Positions 12,194 to 26,372 of a stretch of 64,000 nt of DNA are shown here, in pieces. The translations under genes were made by a program, and so were the position numbers. Every line of letters starts with the position of its first letter. Positions within the stretch are counted from its first letter, which is position 1. Location of the stretch: contig CM052816.1 of assembly GCA_028534125.1 (NCBI GenBank), positions 73,286,001-73,350,000 of the forward strand. The letters run 5' to 3'. The notes beneath the pieces were generated by a model. That model worked only from the letters and a program-made list of their open reading frames with translations, was not told where the DNA came from and ran no database searches. The DNA comes from Lama glama (taxonomy: Eukaryota).

Positions 12194-14939
12194 GCTTATA
12201 ACACATGAACAAATATGCCAACTGCCCACCTGTATGTCTACGAAACATGCCTTCAAGTAATGTGGAAAATATGGTGACTAAAACTTAACAACAGCTGGCC
12301 AGCTGCCCATGTGCTAGGCTGCAAAAAAAACAGAGTTGCTGCACTGGCCTCTGACTTCAGAATAATCCCCTATGGTCTTGGAGGTGGTGTCACAGTGTGT
12401 GGGACAGAAAGGGCAGACTTCACACAGGCCAAATACTGAGAAAACTGCTAGCCTTGACTTTGCAGCCACACACCAATGAGGCTCCTGGCAGTAACATCTT
12501 TGAACACTAACATTAAGGGGTTTTCCATGTTTGTTATACGTGAAATAATGTCTTTGGGACAGGAAGGCGTTAATACGTCTCTATGACTGTCTCACCAGGG
12601 AACAACTCAGACCCTGCAGAAAATGAAACTCCATAGTCTCAGAAAAGCATCAGAACCGATTACTTATCATCTCTATAATTCAAAATTTACTATAGAATTT
12701 AAAGTCCAAGGAATTTATTGACTTCTTTTTTCCATTGTTCTTTTTGCTGAAATAATTTTAAAGTAAACGGAAGAAAACAGGGGCAAAAATACTAGATTTT
12801 GTTTTTCAATTTAAATTATCCAACTTGAATGTAGCAGGAAATTGGGCTACAGGTTTACATGCTAAGTTGCCAGGTATTAAATTTGGCAGAATTTTTTGTG
12901 AAAGAATGAACCGTTGTGCTGCTTTTACGTGGCAATGTGATGGAGGTGGGCAGTCTGTCCAACACTGTGACAGTGATAACGAACACATTAGGATTTTGTC
13001 CTAATATGTATGTTTGCTCTGAGCATGGTATAGTTGTCAAAATTCACACTGAAAAAAATGGCAAATGAAAGTTTGGGGGCAAGAAATGTTACCCAGCAGA
13101 GGATCAAGTCTCCTGGGGCTTTCCCAAAGCATCAGTTTAAGAGCATCTGCTTTTAATTTCTGTATGTTCTGTTTCCCTGGAAACTTGAAATACTCCGAAT
13201 TTAACATAAACTGACCCTTTTGTAGCTTATTTTATTTTTAACAACTCTCTGATAGTCTTCGATTTCAAGCAGACTTTCAAAGTTTTTTTTTTCTTTTTCT
13301 GAATGACAATGAATGGCAATGGAACTTTCTAAAAAATAGTTTCAAAAGTTAAGCTTCATTAATTCAACTTATTTCAGTTCCTAACCTGAGCTAGTTTAAA
13401 AATCACCATACACCTAAGTAAAACTTATGCCAGAGGAACCCCTGAAATGGAAGGATTGCGTCATTTGAGCCCCATCTCAAAAGCTAGATAAAAACCATCA
13501 ACCAGTAATGTGTTGCTTCTCCATTTACAAGAATCCAAGGGACAAGATGCAAAAAGGAAAATTGTAAGAGTAATGAATAAACAGGGCTATCTATTGTCAA
13601 AACAGAACAGACCTAACAACGTTAAGATTCCCAAGTTTTTGTGGATATCAGTCAAAAATCTGTTGCTAACTAGACTGCCCTCCTCCTTGTTAGCTTGTTA
13701 GCAAGCTCTGGCAAATGTTGATTTCTCATAATGATGGTACGGCCACCCTCCTCTGTCTCTTCCCTCATGCTCTCACATGCCCCATCTGCCGCTGACGGAC
13801 TGTCTGCCCACGTCACCTATTATTTTCACACACTGATAACAGCTACTGAAGGGGCCATGTGTTTTCCACCAATTGCCTTTCTCCATGCCTAACAGAGAAA
13901 TTCTGGGATTTCCTTGGTGCTACCAAAAAGGAAGTTTAGGAGTTCTGGTTGGACTAGCCAATTCCAGCTCTTTTAACAGACTTTATCGTTTTCCATGGAA
14001 TGGTGAAATATCTTCCAAAGATTATTACTTTATTACCTTTATTTTCTCAGTAGAAGAAAGGCCAGACTTATCATATCCCATAGGACTGGATATAAAATTT
14101 TCTTTAAATGGTCTCATTCTCTTACCCACTAGAGTTCTCTCTGTAAGAACCTACTTAGACTAATGGTGCCCCTCTACAGAAAAAGCCAAACCCAGCTTCT
14201 GCAGGTGATCCCAGGCTTTAAATTATCTCCCAAAACACTTGGATATATTATGCAAATTGAGTTCCTATATATAAAACTAGCAAGTGTTAAATTTACAGGA
14301 AAATTATCAATAGTGAATTTCTAAACATTTTTCCTAGTATAAATTCAAGGTCCTACAAATCTTGAGGCTAAAATCAATAGAGTATTCAAAGTTAGAATAA
14401 AAGGAATTTTTCACCTTTCCCCCAAGCTTTAGTTTCAAGCATCCTGCAAAACATTTTAAACTATGCTTTGTAGACTTGTTATATGTTACTTGTAATAATG
14501 ACTAACTCTAACGTAAGTCTCTCATGCACCTTTACTTAGGCAAATCATTTGAAGTAAACTAACATATATGCCCTATTACTGTTAATTAAATGTGATTTCA
14601 CTCTTGTCTGTATTGATTAAATCTAATTCTCAGCCAAAGCAGACTAGAGAGAGGCCCAACCAGGCAGTTCACAGGTCAGGATAGACTGTATAACTGTGAT
14701 AACTATGTTTGGGAGACATTGATACAATAGCCACTCATTAATTACGGAGGGAGAAGTGAACTTATGTGGCCAACCATGCCCAGGTAGACTGTGTCTTATA
14801 GGAATACCTCGGCCAAATCTAAGATATCAAACGAGAGCATCAATTCAGGAAACTGAGAGCAGAGGTTAAATTACACAGCGATGCCATGTCTACCCAGCTA
14901 AAGATGTTAAGAAAAGGAGTGCGGCAGAAGCAAGTGAGT

Positions 14940-17340
14940 GAAATCTATGAAATAATAAGAGGTAAACAGGTGGCAAATTTTTATTTTAGTTCAACTAAAT
15001 GGAAGTTGTAATTCATTTAGGCAATAGACTAACATGGTGTGGCTTACAATTTTAATAGGACATTCTGTTTCTTGTGTAGAAAATAAACTGGGAGGGAAAA
15101 AAACGCCTATGTAAGCATGTAGATGTGTGTACCAGTTGTCCGGATGAGAGATAACAGTGGCATGGACTAGAACGGTGGCAGTAGAAAAAGTGGAGAAAAA
15201 TTCATGGATTTGGGATACATTTTGAATGTAGATATAAAAGAACTTGCTGAAAGACTAAAGGATTTGATGAAAGATGGTGAGAGAAAAGGAGGACTCAACT
15301 TCCTGGCTTGCTTACTTGAAGAGATGGTGATGGCTTTAACCGAGATGAGGGTGGTTGGATGAGAAACAGATTTTGTAGGTTAGTACATTTTTGGACATGA
15401 TAACTTTTGAGTCATCCATCAAATAGACAGTTGTATATACAAATATGGAGTTCAGTGAATGATCTGGCCTAGCAATATCAACATAAAACGGGAAAATCGT
15501 CAGTATTTGATTATGTTTAAAGTGAAGAGGCTGGGTGATATCACCTAGGGAGAAAGTATAGATGAAAACAGAACAGAACTCAGGAAAGAACTCCGACAGA
15601 GAAAGGAACTCCAACGTAGAAAGTTAAACTTGCAGTAGATATAGGAGGAGTAAGAAAAATTGCAAAGGAGATGAAAAGGGAAGACTAGCATAGAAAAGGG
15701 AAAAAAAAACCCAGAAGTCAGTGGTGTCAAGGATGACAAGAAAGGAGAGTATTTTAAGGAACTAAGTCCTTGACTGTGTGCAACAATACTGAGGAATCAA
15801 GGGAGCTGAAGGCTGAGATATGTCTACTGAACTGGTAATAGGATGATTTTGGTAACCTGGAGAAGTTTCAGTGATAGCGGAGGTGAAAGTGAAATTAAAA
15901 TGGGTCAGAATCTGCACGTGAGGTGCGACTGTGATATTGCCAGTTTCCGTTATGTATTTAAGAGATTTTGCTCTGAAGCTAAGCAGAGTCATGGGCGGTA
16001 GCTAGAGAAGAAAATGACAGTAGAGCGAGGTTTAGTTTTTGTAGGACAGAGCATACTAAAACCTTTTAAATACTGATGGGACTAATCCAATAGAAAGAAA
16101 AGCAGTGTTGGTGATGCAGGAAAGACAAGAGATGATTACGAGGCAAAATCCTTGAGAGGGCAACAGAGGATGGGTTCCTCAGCACCAGTGGAGGGGATTT
16201 TATTTGACAGGAGCAAGGATATATCTTCTGTTGACTGGAATCAGGAGAATTTACCTTCAAGCAGGTAAAGTTGGTGCTGTGGAAATAAGATAGTTTATTT
16301 CTGATAAAATTTGTTGATCAAATTTAAAATAAATGATGCTTTCTCACTTATCAATGCAATGTAGGAGTATGGAGATTATTAGTTGGGTATGTATATATGT
16401 TTGTGTAGTGGGAGTGGTTGGGAGGGGTTTGAAAAAGAAAGGAGAAAGTATAAAGTTGTTTCCTTGGAAAGGAAGAGGAGATTTACTAGATTTACTAGCA
16501 CCCTTTTAAATTGGCAAGTGGTAATTTAAAATAAAACCAGCCAACCCATTTATATTATTTTTCCCCACAATATTCACAAGTATAAAGAAGGCAAGAAATT
16601 GGATCCAAAGAGGGTTAGAGTATTGGGTAAGGAAACTTAGTGTGTTCAAAAGTAAATATTATAAAATGGATCATGGGACAGGACGAAAGTGAAGACAGGG
16701 GGGAGTGATGGCCAATGAAAAAATGATGAGGTGAGTGGATTGGATTAGAGGTTTTGATGTGGTGGGAGACTTGGTTGCAGTGAGCTGAAGAAAAGGTAGT
16801 GATCAGATTGGGAAATATGTGAAATCAGGATTTCAAGTGTGGTGCAGTTACTAGCGATAATGTGAGCCAGGACATGGCTTTAAGAGTGAGTAGCAATGGC
16901 CACTGGGATTGAAGACTGCAACATTCGAGGCAGGAGAGGAAATGATGGACTAGTGCTGCATGTGTCACTCATTTGGATGCTGAAGTCATCAGGAATATGA
17001 CAGGGCAGGAGGCAGACAGGAGTACTCGAGCCTCCAGTGAAGGAAGGAGAGTGACCAGGAAGTCTGGAGAACTGTAATATGAGGGAGAGAGTTGGATGAA
17101 CTGAAGGATGAAAGACCTGGGTTTTGGAAGAAGGAACAAAGGAAATGAAATGGTTTCCAGCAGTAATGAGCAACAGGGGGTTGCCTAACACAATACCCAG
17201 TCCTGGGATAGGCGGGAAGGAAACAGGACAAACAGCTCAGCTTCAGAGGTCCTCGGAGGAAATACCTCAGTCTGGGTTTAGTCAAGGCAAAAAGAAGAAA
17301 TAACAGTTTGGAAGAGAAGGAGGAAATAGGAGGCTATGTT
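14940..17340 (-). mobile_element. long L2 fragment
   Basis: ~2.4 kb purine-rich tract with L2 antisense motifs (tttgggatacattttgaatgtaga, ttggacatgataacttttgag, ggtgatatcacctagggaga). Confidence 0.75.
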
Positions 17341-17407
17341 AATCACAGATGGGGTGTTTTCAGGGAGCACAGGAGAAGGGTCTGGGAGGGAGAGGATGGC
17401 TGGTGGA

Positions 17408-17870
17408 TGTGTCAGACCAGAGGATGACGTTGGCAGCATCAGACGGATGCCCTCTGCAGGGCTTGGGTTTTTTGGGTTGCCATATGGACAACCAAGAGGT
17501 GAGACACGATGTTATTAGTTCTGAAAGACACTTATTTAGAGGACAGAAAGAAATCTACCAAAGGGAGTCCGCATTGCCGTAAAGACTGGTGATTGTTACC
17601 TCCAGCAGATCTGATATCTTAAGATCTTAGGCTTCATCCATTTGATATTATATATTGCAGATTATACAGCGGTGAATCAAGCATACCAGGTGGAAGCAAA
17701 TGAGTGTTTAAAAAATTTTTTTTTCTTCTACATATCACCCTTTATGAAAAATGTTAAATTCCTCCCCTTTTGTAGGATGGAGGCGATTTTTTGGTTCAGT
17801 CAGGGTTTAGACCCTGGTTTATTTTATCTCTATTTATTTTCATTTTCCAAATGAAACCACCTATGACACA
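17408..17870 (-). mobile_element. probable ERV solo LTR (family unassigned)
   Basis: ~460 bp bounded by TG...CA with a 7-bp terminal inverted repeat TGTGTCA/TGACACA; LTR-like composition; no clean TSD; orientation inferred. Confidence 0.5.
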
Positions 17871-18588
17871 CCTTTCTCCTCAAAAATTTCTATTGAGACA
17901 TGATATTCTCATTACTCTTCTTCTATTAAGTCACCCTGAGAGGTGATTTAATACACTGATACCACGCCAGTTATGTAGGCTTGGAATTGGGTGTCTCTGC
18001 AGTTTCATCAGTGATGCCCTCCCACGACTACTGATTCCTCTCGGGAAACTTAAATCTGTGAACAGCAATTGACGGTGCTAGGAAAACGGTACAGTCAGCA
18101 ATTCATGAACTCATCAAACGTTCTAGTCATAGCACAGTCTCACTTTTCACTCTAATGTGGATCTCTTTTTACTCATCTGATATTAAGCCAGACATCCTAT
18201 CTCAATGAACTGTACATCTTCCCATTTGTGGCTGGGACGTTAGGTAGAAACCAATTTCTTTGAGACTGTAGCTTGAAGGCAGCAAAGGATTTTATGACAA
18301 ATGCTTGACTCAAATGAACTCTCAAGAAAATTACATATCCCTGGTTAGAAATCTTGCTTTTGTTTATTTCAGCACAGAGTGACAAGGTCTCTTCATGTGA
18401 ACCAGCAGCAAACAGAAACCGACATCAAACTACATAGGTGGTGCCATTTGAACTGGGTCCTAAAGTGTGAAAAGAAGCTCTGAAAATTTAAGAAAAGGCT
18501 GACTCCTGTTGGCTAATTTGTGGATGCCTGAAGAAAAGACGACATAATTTAAAATGAATGGTAAAGTTCAGTGCGGTCATAGCAAAGC

Positions 18589-18592
18589 GTGT

Positions 18593-18632
<40 letters not shown>
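18589..18632 (+). repeat. (GT)n microsatellite
   Basis: Seen directly: ~21 GT units with one GA interruption. Confidence 0.95.
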
Positions 18633-18636
<4 letters not shown>

Positions 18637-19139
18637 AGGTATGTGCGCTGGGAAAGAAGAAAGATATCTGGAACCAGGAGTTACCACATCAAAAAGCAAA
18701 TTCTCATATGTTAGTTCTATCACATTAACTGGTTTGTCTTTCTGGCTAGTTCATCATTTGATTATGTTGACAAATTGAGTGAATTCAAATGATAAAACTA
18801 GTTGAGAATGAAGACAAACACAGTTGCACTAACTCATTCTTCTCTTAGTATTAACCTGTTTATGGAAAGAAAAAAGTAAATGGCAGGCACATTATGCCTC
18901 TTTTTAGCTTTTTGCAATTTGTACACACACACTCACACACATACATAAATCATTAATTATACATATTATTAATCCAGCCAGTTATTTAACCTCTTATTTA
19001 AAATTCTTCAAATTGAATTCACATATATAATTATTTGAGATAATGGATAATGAAATTAAAACAGGTTTTACAAAACAAAATTCAAATATTTTTATATTTT
19101 GATTTTCACAAGTTGGGATAACTTCTGCATTGATTCTCT

Positions 19140-20075
19140 TTTTTGTATTATATAGATTTTTAAATTGAAGTATAGTTGATTTACAATGTTTCAGGTTACG
19201 GCAAAGTGATTTGGTTTTATATATATGTGTATATATATATTCTTTTCAGATATTTTCCATTATAGGTTATTAAAAACTAATTCCAAATTTCCAGTTTATC
19301 CCCCCTTTCCCCACTGGTAACCATGTATTTGTTTTCTATGTCTGTGGCTTTATTTCCGTTTTGTAAATAAGATCATTTGTATCATTTTTTTAGATTTTAC
19401 ATATAAGTGATATCATATGATATTTGTCTTTCTCTGTCTGACTTACTTCACTTAGTATGATCATCTCTAGGTCCATTCATGTTGCTGTAAATAGCATTAT
19501 TTCATTCGTTATTATGGCTGAGTAGTAGTCCATTGTGTATATGTAGCACATCTTCTTTACCCAGTCATCTGTTAATGGACATTTACATAGCTTCCTTGTC
19601 TTGGCTATTGTAAATAGTGTTGCTGTGAACATTGGGTGCATGTATCTTTTCACATTAGAGTTTTCATCTTTCGTGGATATATGCCCAGGTTGCTGGTTCA
19701 TATGATAACTCTATTTTTAGTTTTTAAAGGAACCATCCATACTGTCTCCATAGTGCCTGCACCAATTTGCATTACTACCAACAGGTAGGAGGGTTCCCTT
19801 TCCTCCACACTCTCTTCGGCATTTATTGTTTGTAGATGAAGGCCATTCTGACTGGTGTAAGGTGATAACTCACTGCAGTTTTAATCTGCATTTCTCTGTT
19901 AATTAGCGATGTTGAACATCTTTTCCATGTGCTTATTGGCCATCTGTTTGCCTTCTCTGGAGAAATGTTTATTTAGATCTTCTGCCTATTTTTTTATTGT
20001 GTTGCTTGTTTTTTTGATATTGAGCTGTATAAGCTATTTGTAACATTTTTGAAATTAATCCCTCACATCGTTTGC
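19140..20075 (-). mobile_element. L1 3' end (ORF2 C-terminus + 3' UTR), 5'-truncated
   Basis: Typical antisense L1 3' sequence (gaagtatagttgatttacaatg, ggccattctgactggtg); ORF 19477-19701 gives ORF2 C-terminal-like MFTATLFTIAKT...CPLTDDWVKKM. Confidence 0.92.
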
Positions 20076-20689
20076 CAGTACCCAACTCACAGATACGCAT
20101 TTTAGGGTGCAACTAAAGGGCCATGAAACACCTTCATATTTGCTTTCTTCTTAACTGGACGTTTTTAGTAGTATATGAAAAATTAGTGATTCTAACATTT
20201 TAAAATATTTAAGCCCTAAATTTAATTATGAAACAGTAAAGATTTCTTTGGAATTGAGTAGATGTATTATTTAAATGGTAGTTTTTTTTCTCTCAAAATG
20301 TGATTTGACTATTTACCTAAGATTTTATTTCAGGAATTCTAAACTTTGTCTGTGTTTTCTGGGAATAAGTAACACATTAACATGGTCTAAAAATAATTTT
20401 AGAAAATTTTAGTTTTCTAGACAATGTCAGCATAGCTAAGAAAGCAGGAGCATGAGATCTGAGAAGTAACAGGAAAATGAGAGCGAAGAGCACGATGCAC
20501 TGACGGCCGTGGCTGTGAGTGGGTCTGTGAGCAGTGAAGGTAAAAAGCTGGGCCTCACGCCAACAAAACTAGCCAAACAAACCCACATTCAGGACCTGAG
20601 GCAAGGATGGAATGTAGCTCCTTCCCAGCAGCCTGACCGCCGAAAGGCTGCAAGAGAGCAGAGCAGAACATCTCTGCCCCAGCTCTGCA

Positions 20690-20830
20690 GCTCACGCCCT
20701 GGCTTCCAGTCCCCACTCTACTACTGGCTGGTTTGTGGTGTTTAGCAAATTGCGAAGAGTAAATAATGTAATGCAATAAAGTGGACACCTGATAAATGGC
20801 ATACAAATTCTCAGCACTTATTGGAGCTAT
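20690..20830 (+). mobile_element. MIR fragment
   Basis: cctggcttccagtccccactctactactggctggtttgtggtgtttagcaaatt. Confidence 0.55.
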
Positions 20831-21262
20831 ATTATATTGCTGTAGTTATTTTTATCACATAATCCAGGAGGGCAGCATCAAAGTGAGAAGCAGGGGCAGT
20901 GAGTCTACTCCTTTGCAAAGGAGGAGAAATGACCTCTCCTGGATTCATCAGTGCTGCCTTATTTTGGGGAGATGCAATTCAACCTCTACCACCTCCTTTT
21001 AAAGCACTCCTCCCAGATGGTTTCACTGGCTCATACAGTCCTTATTACAGTCTATTCTTCGTATAGCTTTTTTCCATTTTCTAGAGACCAAGTGAACCTC
21101 CCTCCTGGGATCACAGGTTAGAACAATAAGTTAAAAATTGTGTCTATATAATACATATAAAAACTGTTTTCTCAAACAAGTAAGTGGAAAACTGCCAAGT
21201 TTCACCAAAAGATGTTGATACGCAAAGGCTAAGAGGCAAGGAGTATCTACATTATCTCTATC

Positions 21263-21527
21263 ACTGGTTCTTAACCTCTTTAAGAGTTTTCTGATAGCGA
21301 AGGACCTTCTTTCCTTCGAATACAAGTTAACATGAACATAGACCCCACTCTGCTTATAATCTCTAAAAATTAATAGATTACTTCTTTTTTATTGCCGTTT
21401 AGTCAGCTACAATTTGTCGATTTCTGGTGTACAGTACAACGTCCCAGTCATGCAACAGATTACTTCTTATACTCTTTTTTTTTTAAAGCAGCATAGGGGT
21501 CCACTAACCCTGGATTAAGAATCTGTG
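21263..21527. mobile_element. hAT-Charlie-type MER with nested L1 tail
   Basis: Imperfect terminal inverted repeats cactggttcttaacc ... ggattaagaatctgtg. Confidence 0.5.
21387..21456 (-). mobile_element. 70-bp extreme 3' L1 fragment with 12-bp TSD
   Basis: Direct repeat AGATTACTTCTT at 21375-21386 and 21457-21468; the insert resembles the start of the L1 tail at 54091. Confidence 0.8.
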
Positions 21528-21535
21528 GTGTCTTC

Positions 21536-21750
21536 TAGGGTTTCTCAACCTCAGTATAATTAAAACTTTGTACCCGATAATTCTTTGTTGTGAGATACTG
21601 TCCTGTGCATTGCAGGATTTTAACAACATCCCTGGCCTCTACCGACTATCAGATGCCAGTCGCATAACCTGAGTTGTGACAATCAAAACTACCTCCAGAC
21701 ATTTCCAAATATCTCTTGGGGGAGGAATCACTCCATCTGAGAACAATTTG
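21536..21750 (-). mobile_element. MER20 DNA transposon
   Basis: agggtttctcaacctcag...tgtcctgtgcattgcagga...catccctggcctctac...gatgccagt...gttgtgacaatcaaaa...tccagacatt is the reverse complement of MER20. Confidence 0.9.
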
Positions 21751-22278
21751 TTTACATAGAGGATTGATCCTTGCCCTCAGGTCAGTTTACATAAATATTT
21801 GCTAAAAAGCTACTCCACTGCCAAGAACGGTGTTAAATAAATAGGTAAATAAGAAAACCAGTCATTGCTAGATTGAGGGTACGCAGAAAATACATACTTG
21901 TATGTTTGTTTGTTCACTGTTTTATCTTTGGAGAAGAAAAGAGTATATGGCATTCTGAGTGTCTAGGAGACATTTGCTTCTGTATTTGATTGTAGTTGTT
22001 TGTCCTCAATCCATTCACATTTAGTAGATGAGACAGAAAAATACGCATCTAACCAAAATAAATGTTGTCCAAAGATTCTTCCTTTAGTTGGAGTGGTGTG
22101 GGGTGGCTGGAAGTAACTTGGATATTTATGTCTGTGATGATATTGTATTACTTGGATTAAAAGGTGCTATGAAAACAAAGACACAACTATTCAGTCTGCT
22201 CAGAGCTGGGAAGCCGTTTATGGAACTACTGTGGATATGGGTGGGGTGTGAAGGGGTATATATGTGTTCAATGTTCCT

Positions 22279-23072
22279 ATTTATTTAGTTAGTTATTTGA
22301 AGTATTGCTGACTTACAACGTTATATTAGCTTCAGGTGTACAACATAGTGATTCAGTATTTTTATACATTACAAAATGATCACCATAATAAGTCTAGTTA
22401 CCATCTGTCACCATATAGTTATTACAACATTATTGACCATATTCCCTATGCTGTACGTTGCATCCCCTTGAGTTATTTATTTTATAAGTGGAATTTTGTA
22501 TCTCTTAATCCCAATTCACCTATTTCTCCCATCACCCACTCCCCTCCCCTCTGGCAACCACCTGTTTGTTCTCTATGACTCTATGACTCTATTTCTGTTT
22601 TGACATGTTTGTTCATTTGTTTTGTTTTTTAGATTACACATATAAGTGAAGTCATACAGCACTTGTCTTTGTCTGATTTACTGCACTTATCAGAATACTC
22701 TCTAGGTCCACTCATGATGCCACAAATGTCAAAATTTCACTCTTCTAATGGCTGAGTAAGATTATATATATGGTATATATATTTGTGTGTGTGTATATAT
22801 TATATATATGTTATATGTTATATATATACATATATACACCACACCTCCTTTATCCATTCATCTGTTGATGGACACTTAGGTTGTCTCCATATCTTGGCTG
22901 TTGTAAATAATACTGCAACGAACATGGGAGGCATATATCTTTTCAAATTAGTGCTTTCATTTTCTTTGGATAAACACTTGGAAGTGGAATTGCTGGATCA
23001 TATGGTAGTTTTATTTTTAATTTTTTGAGGACACTCCACACTGTTTTCCATAGTGGCTTTACCAATTTATCA
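22279..23072 (-). mobile_element. L1 3' end, 5'-truncated, with internal (TA)-rich expansion
   Basis: Antisense L1 3' UTR/ORF2 end; probable TSD AATGTTCCT (22270-22278) / AATGTCCCT (23073-23081). Confidence 0.92.
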
Positions 23073-23379
23073 AATGTCCCTCCTTGAAGCAAAATTTAGA
23101 TATTAACAAATAACAAATAATATTTTTAACAATAAAACAGTATAAATTATTATTTAAGTGTCAAGTCTAAATTAAAACAGGAATACAGAAATAGTTTCAT
23201 ATGATGATTAAAAGTAACAGTTTGCTTTACAAAAGATACCACATCATTATAATATCTTTAATTTCCAGGAAGTTAATTACAATCATGCAGCACAGCCTAG
23301 GTTTGAAGGCAGATGGTACATTTAACATTGCATAGTCATCTATTGTTAAATAATTTGAGTTGACATTTGTTGCTCTAGA

Positions 23380-23556
23380 TCATTGTTAACTAACAGAACT
23401 TTCTGTAATGATGGAAAGCTTTTGTATCTGCACTGTCTAATATGGTCACTACTAAGCACCTGAAATATGGCTAGGGTAACTGAGGAACTAAATTAAAATT
23501 TTTTCTTTCATTTTAATTAATTTAAATTTAAATGGCTACATGTGTCTAGCAGACAA
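23380..23556 (+). mobile_element. MER3 DNA transposon
   Basis: agaactttctgtaatgatggaaa...tatctgcactgtctaatatggt...taactgaggaact...ttaattaatttaaatttaaatggctacatgtg. Confidence 0.85.
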
Positions 23557-25145
23557 CTCTAAATGGTTGTGAACATGTGCCCAATCAGAAATTTCATTTT
23601 GTCTGATCTACTCTAATGTAACGGAATGGAATGATTTAGGGTCTGAAAAAAGGGAAGTCAAAACTTAAACACACTAAGAGAAGAAAAAAATGGGAAAGAA
23701 CAAAGGAAATAACTTCAAGAAAACACATAAAAAAGAAAAATTCCCATGGCTTTCAAAGACTTTCTTGATAATTCTTAAAATTTGGCTAAGGTTACAGACT
23801 CCCTCACTTCCTTTGTAATTTCTTGAATGATTATGGCTCCAATCATTGCCCTAATAACAACTACTGCCTGACCTCCACACCAAAAGTGTCCTCCCAAATC
23901 ACACATGGAACCCATGCAAAGAAAGTGTTTACAATTGTTGGGGGCCCCAAGTGAGACCTCCATTAGTTGGAAGGCACAGGATGACAGTGCCTCCGACATG
24001 ACCTCCTGACTGGCTGGTAGGCTTAGTGTTCTCAGTTCAGTTTGAAAAATTGAGTCTACTTCTTGTTCCTGGAGGGACTGGCTGAAGACAGTAGGTCCAA
24101 CATGTCCTGTATGCCATACTGCCAGCCAGGGGACATTAATTTGTATCATAGAATGACTGAGTAGCAGCTACAGGGATGAGGGTAGAGAAAACATCTAGAG
24201 GTGGCAGGGGTTTTGCATGGAAAACCATCCCCACCTGTTTTCAATAGACCTCTCAGTAAGGTCAAGGGGAATGGCAATCAAAATTGTAGTCAGAGTCATG
24301 TGGCAGGAGATGACAGACAAAGATTATCCTTCCCATCTCTTCCCCACACCTCCTGGAGTCTAAGTTATTTCTTCCTCAGATATGAGGGATGTTACACTCC
24401 CTCCACCATGACAAAAATCAGTGTCTCATTCTACCTCCTTTTTCCCCCCAATCATCTTCTACTTGCGCCCAGAGTTTTCAAGCAGAGGGAAAGATGCAAG
24501 AGGAACAAGCATATTTTTATAAACTCTTAGGGATCCATTATGTCTCCCACATAGGTTCACATGGAGGGACGCAATGAGAAATATACTCACCAAGTGGTCA
24601 TTTTCTTCATGATCTGGGACCAGGTCAGCTCAGCAAGAAGACCCAGTTGCTGAACCAGATTTAAGTTTGAATCTTCTTAGACCTCTTTTGGCCTAGCTAC
24701 CACCTGGAACATGATCCAACTAAACTTGTGGGTGCCTTTAGAGGAAAAACATGAAGCTTCAAATCTAGGAATGCTTAAGGAGGAATCCCAATTTTTCCAT
24801 CCTTTAGTCCTAATCATTATCCAGAAAGCAGCAGTGAGGAGATGACTCCTTTCAGAGGCCTGTCATACTCAGTGACAAAACTGTCTTATTCGTGTGTGTG
24901 GACCAGGAAGAGGTGGGGGAGATAGAGCAGAAAAACATTTGACTACATTTTTGAGGAATATGTTCCCTTTTTTTTCTTTTTCTTCTCTCTCTCTCTCTTT
25001 TTTTTTTACGTAATTACAATCTTTTTTTTTTTGCGTAAATTGATAGTCAAAAAATGCCATCTAATTTTAATTTTTAATGTTTTCTTTAAGGAGGTTGTAA
25101 TTTGTGACTATTTGAATATCTTTCCCTGGGAATATCCTTTCCTCA

Positions 25146-26372
25146 TTTTTTAAATTAAAATATACTTGATAAAATGTTACATGAAAATATTGTGTTAGTT
25201 AACCAAAAAAACTATTAGAACTCATCAATGAATTTAGTAAAGTTACAGGCTACAAAATTAATCTACAGAAATCTGTTGTGTTTTTCTACACTAACAATGA
25301 ACTATCAGAAAGAAATTTTTTAAAAAGTCCCATTTACAATTGCATCAAAAAGAATAAAATTCTTAGGAATAAATCCAACTAAGAAGGTAAAAGTACTTGG
25401 AAAACTAAAGGGCACTGATAAAAGAAACTGAAAACAACACTAATAAATGGGGAGATATGCTTTGCTCATAGATTAGAAGAATCAATATTGTTAAAATGAC
25501 CATACTACCCAAGGCAATTTATAGACTCAGTTTAATCCCTATTAAAATAACAATGACATTTTTCACAGAACTAGAATAAATGACTCTAAAGTTTGTATGG
25601 TAATACAAAAGTCCCCAAGTAACTAAAACAACCTTGAGAAAGAAAAGTAAAGCTGGAGGCATCATTCTCTCTCATTTTGAACTATACTAAAAGGCTATAG
25701 TAATCAAAACAGTATGTTACTGACACAAAACCAGTCTCTATAGATCATTGAAACAGAATAGAGAGCCCAGAAATGAACCCACACTTTTATGGTCAATTCA
25801 TCGATGACAAAGGAGGCAAGAATATACAATGTGGAAAAGACAGCCTCTTCAATAAATGCTATTGGGAAAACTGGACATCTACACCCAAAAGAATCAAATT
25901 GGACTTCTTGCTCACAACATATACAAAAATAAGCTCAAAATAGATTAAAAACTTAGATGTGAGACCTGAATCTACAAAACTTCTAGAGGGAAACATAGAC
26001 AATACACTGTCTGATACGGGTTTTAGCAATATTGTTTTGGACCTATCTCCTCAGTGAAGGGAAACAAAAGCAAAAATAAACAAATGGGACTACATGAAGC
26101 TAAAAAGCTTTTGCATAGCAAAGGAAATTATCAACAAAACAAAAAGTTCACCTACTGAATGGCAGAAGATATTTGCAACTGATATGGGGTTAATATACAA
26201 AATACACAAAAAACGTATACAACTCAACATCAAACAAACAAACAATCCAATTAAAAACTGGAAGAGGATTTAAATAGACATAAAAAAAAGACATACAGAT
26301 GGCCAAGAGGTGCCTGAAAAGATACTCAGCATCACTAATCATTAGGGAAATGCAAATCAAAACCACAATGAG
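25146..26372. mobile_element. L1 with inverted structure: short antisense 3' tail (25146-25200) + sense ORF2 fragment (25201-26372)
   Basis: Sense ORF2 sequence (ctattagaactcatcaatgaatttagtaaagtt...gggaaatgcaaatcaaaaccacaatgag) ends abruptly with no 3' UTR; it is preceded by poly(T) and an antisense tail. Confidence 0.85.

Noticed and set aside
23775..24149. 124-aa minus-strand ORF
   Set aside because: No homology recognised and no supporting exon structure.
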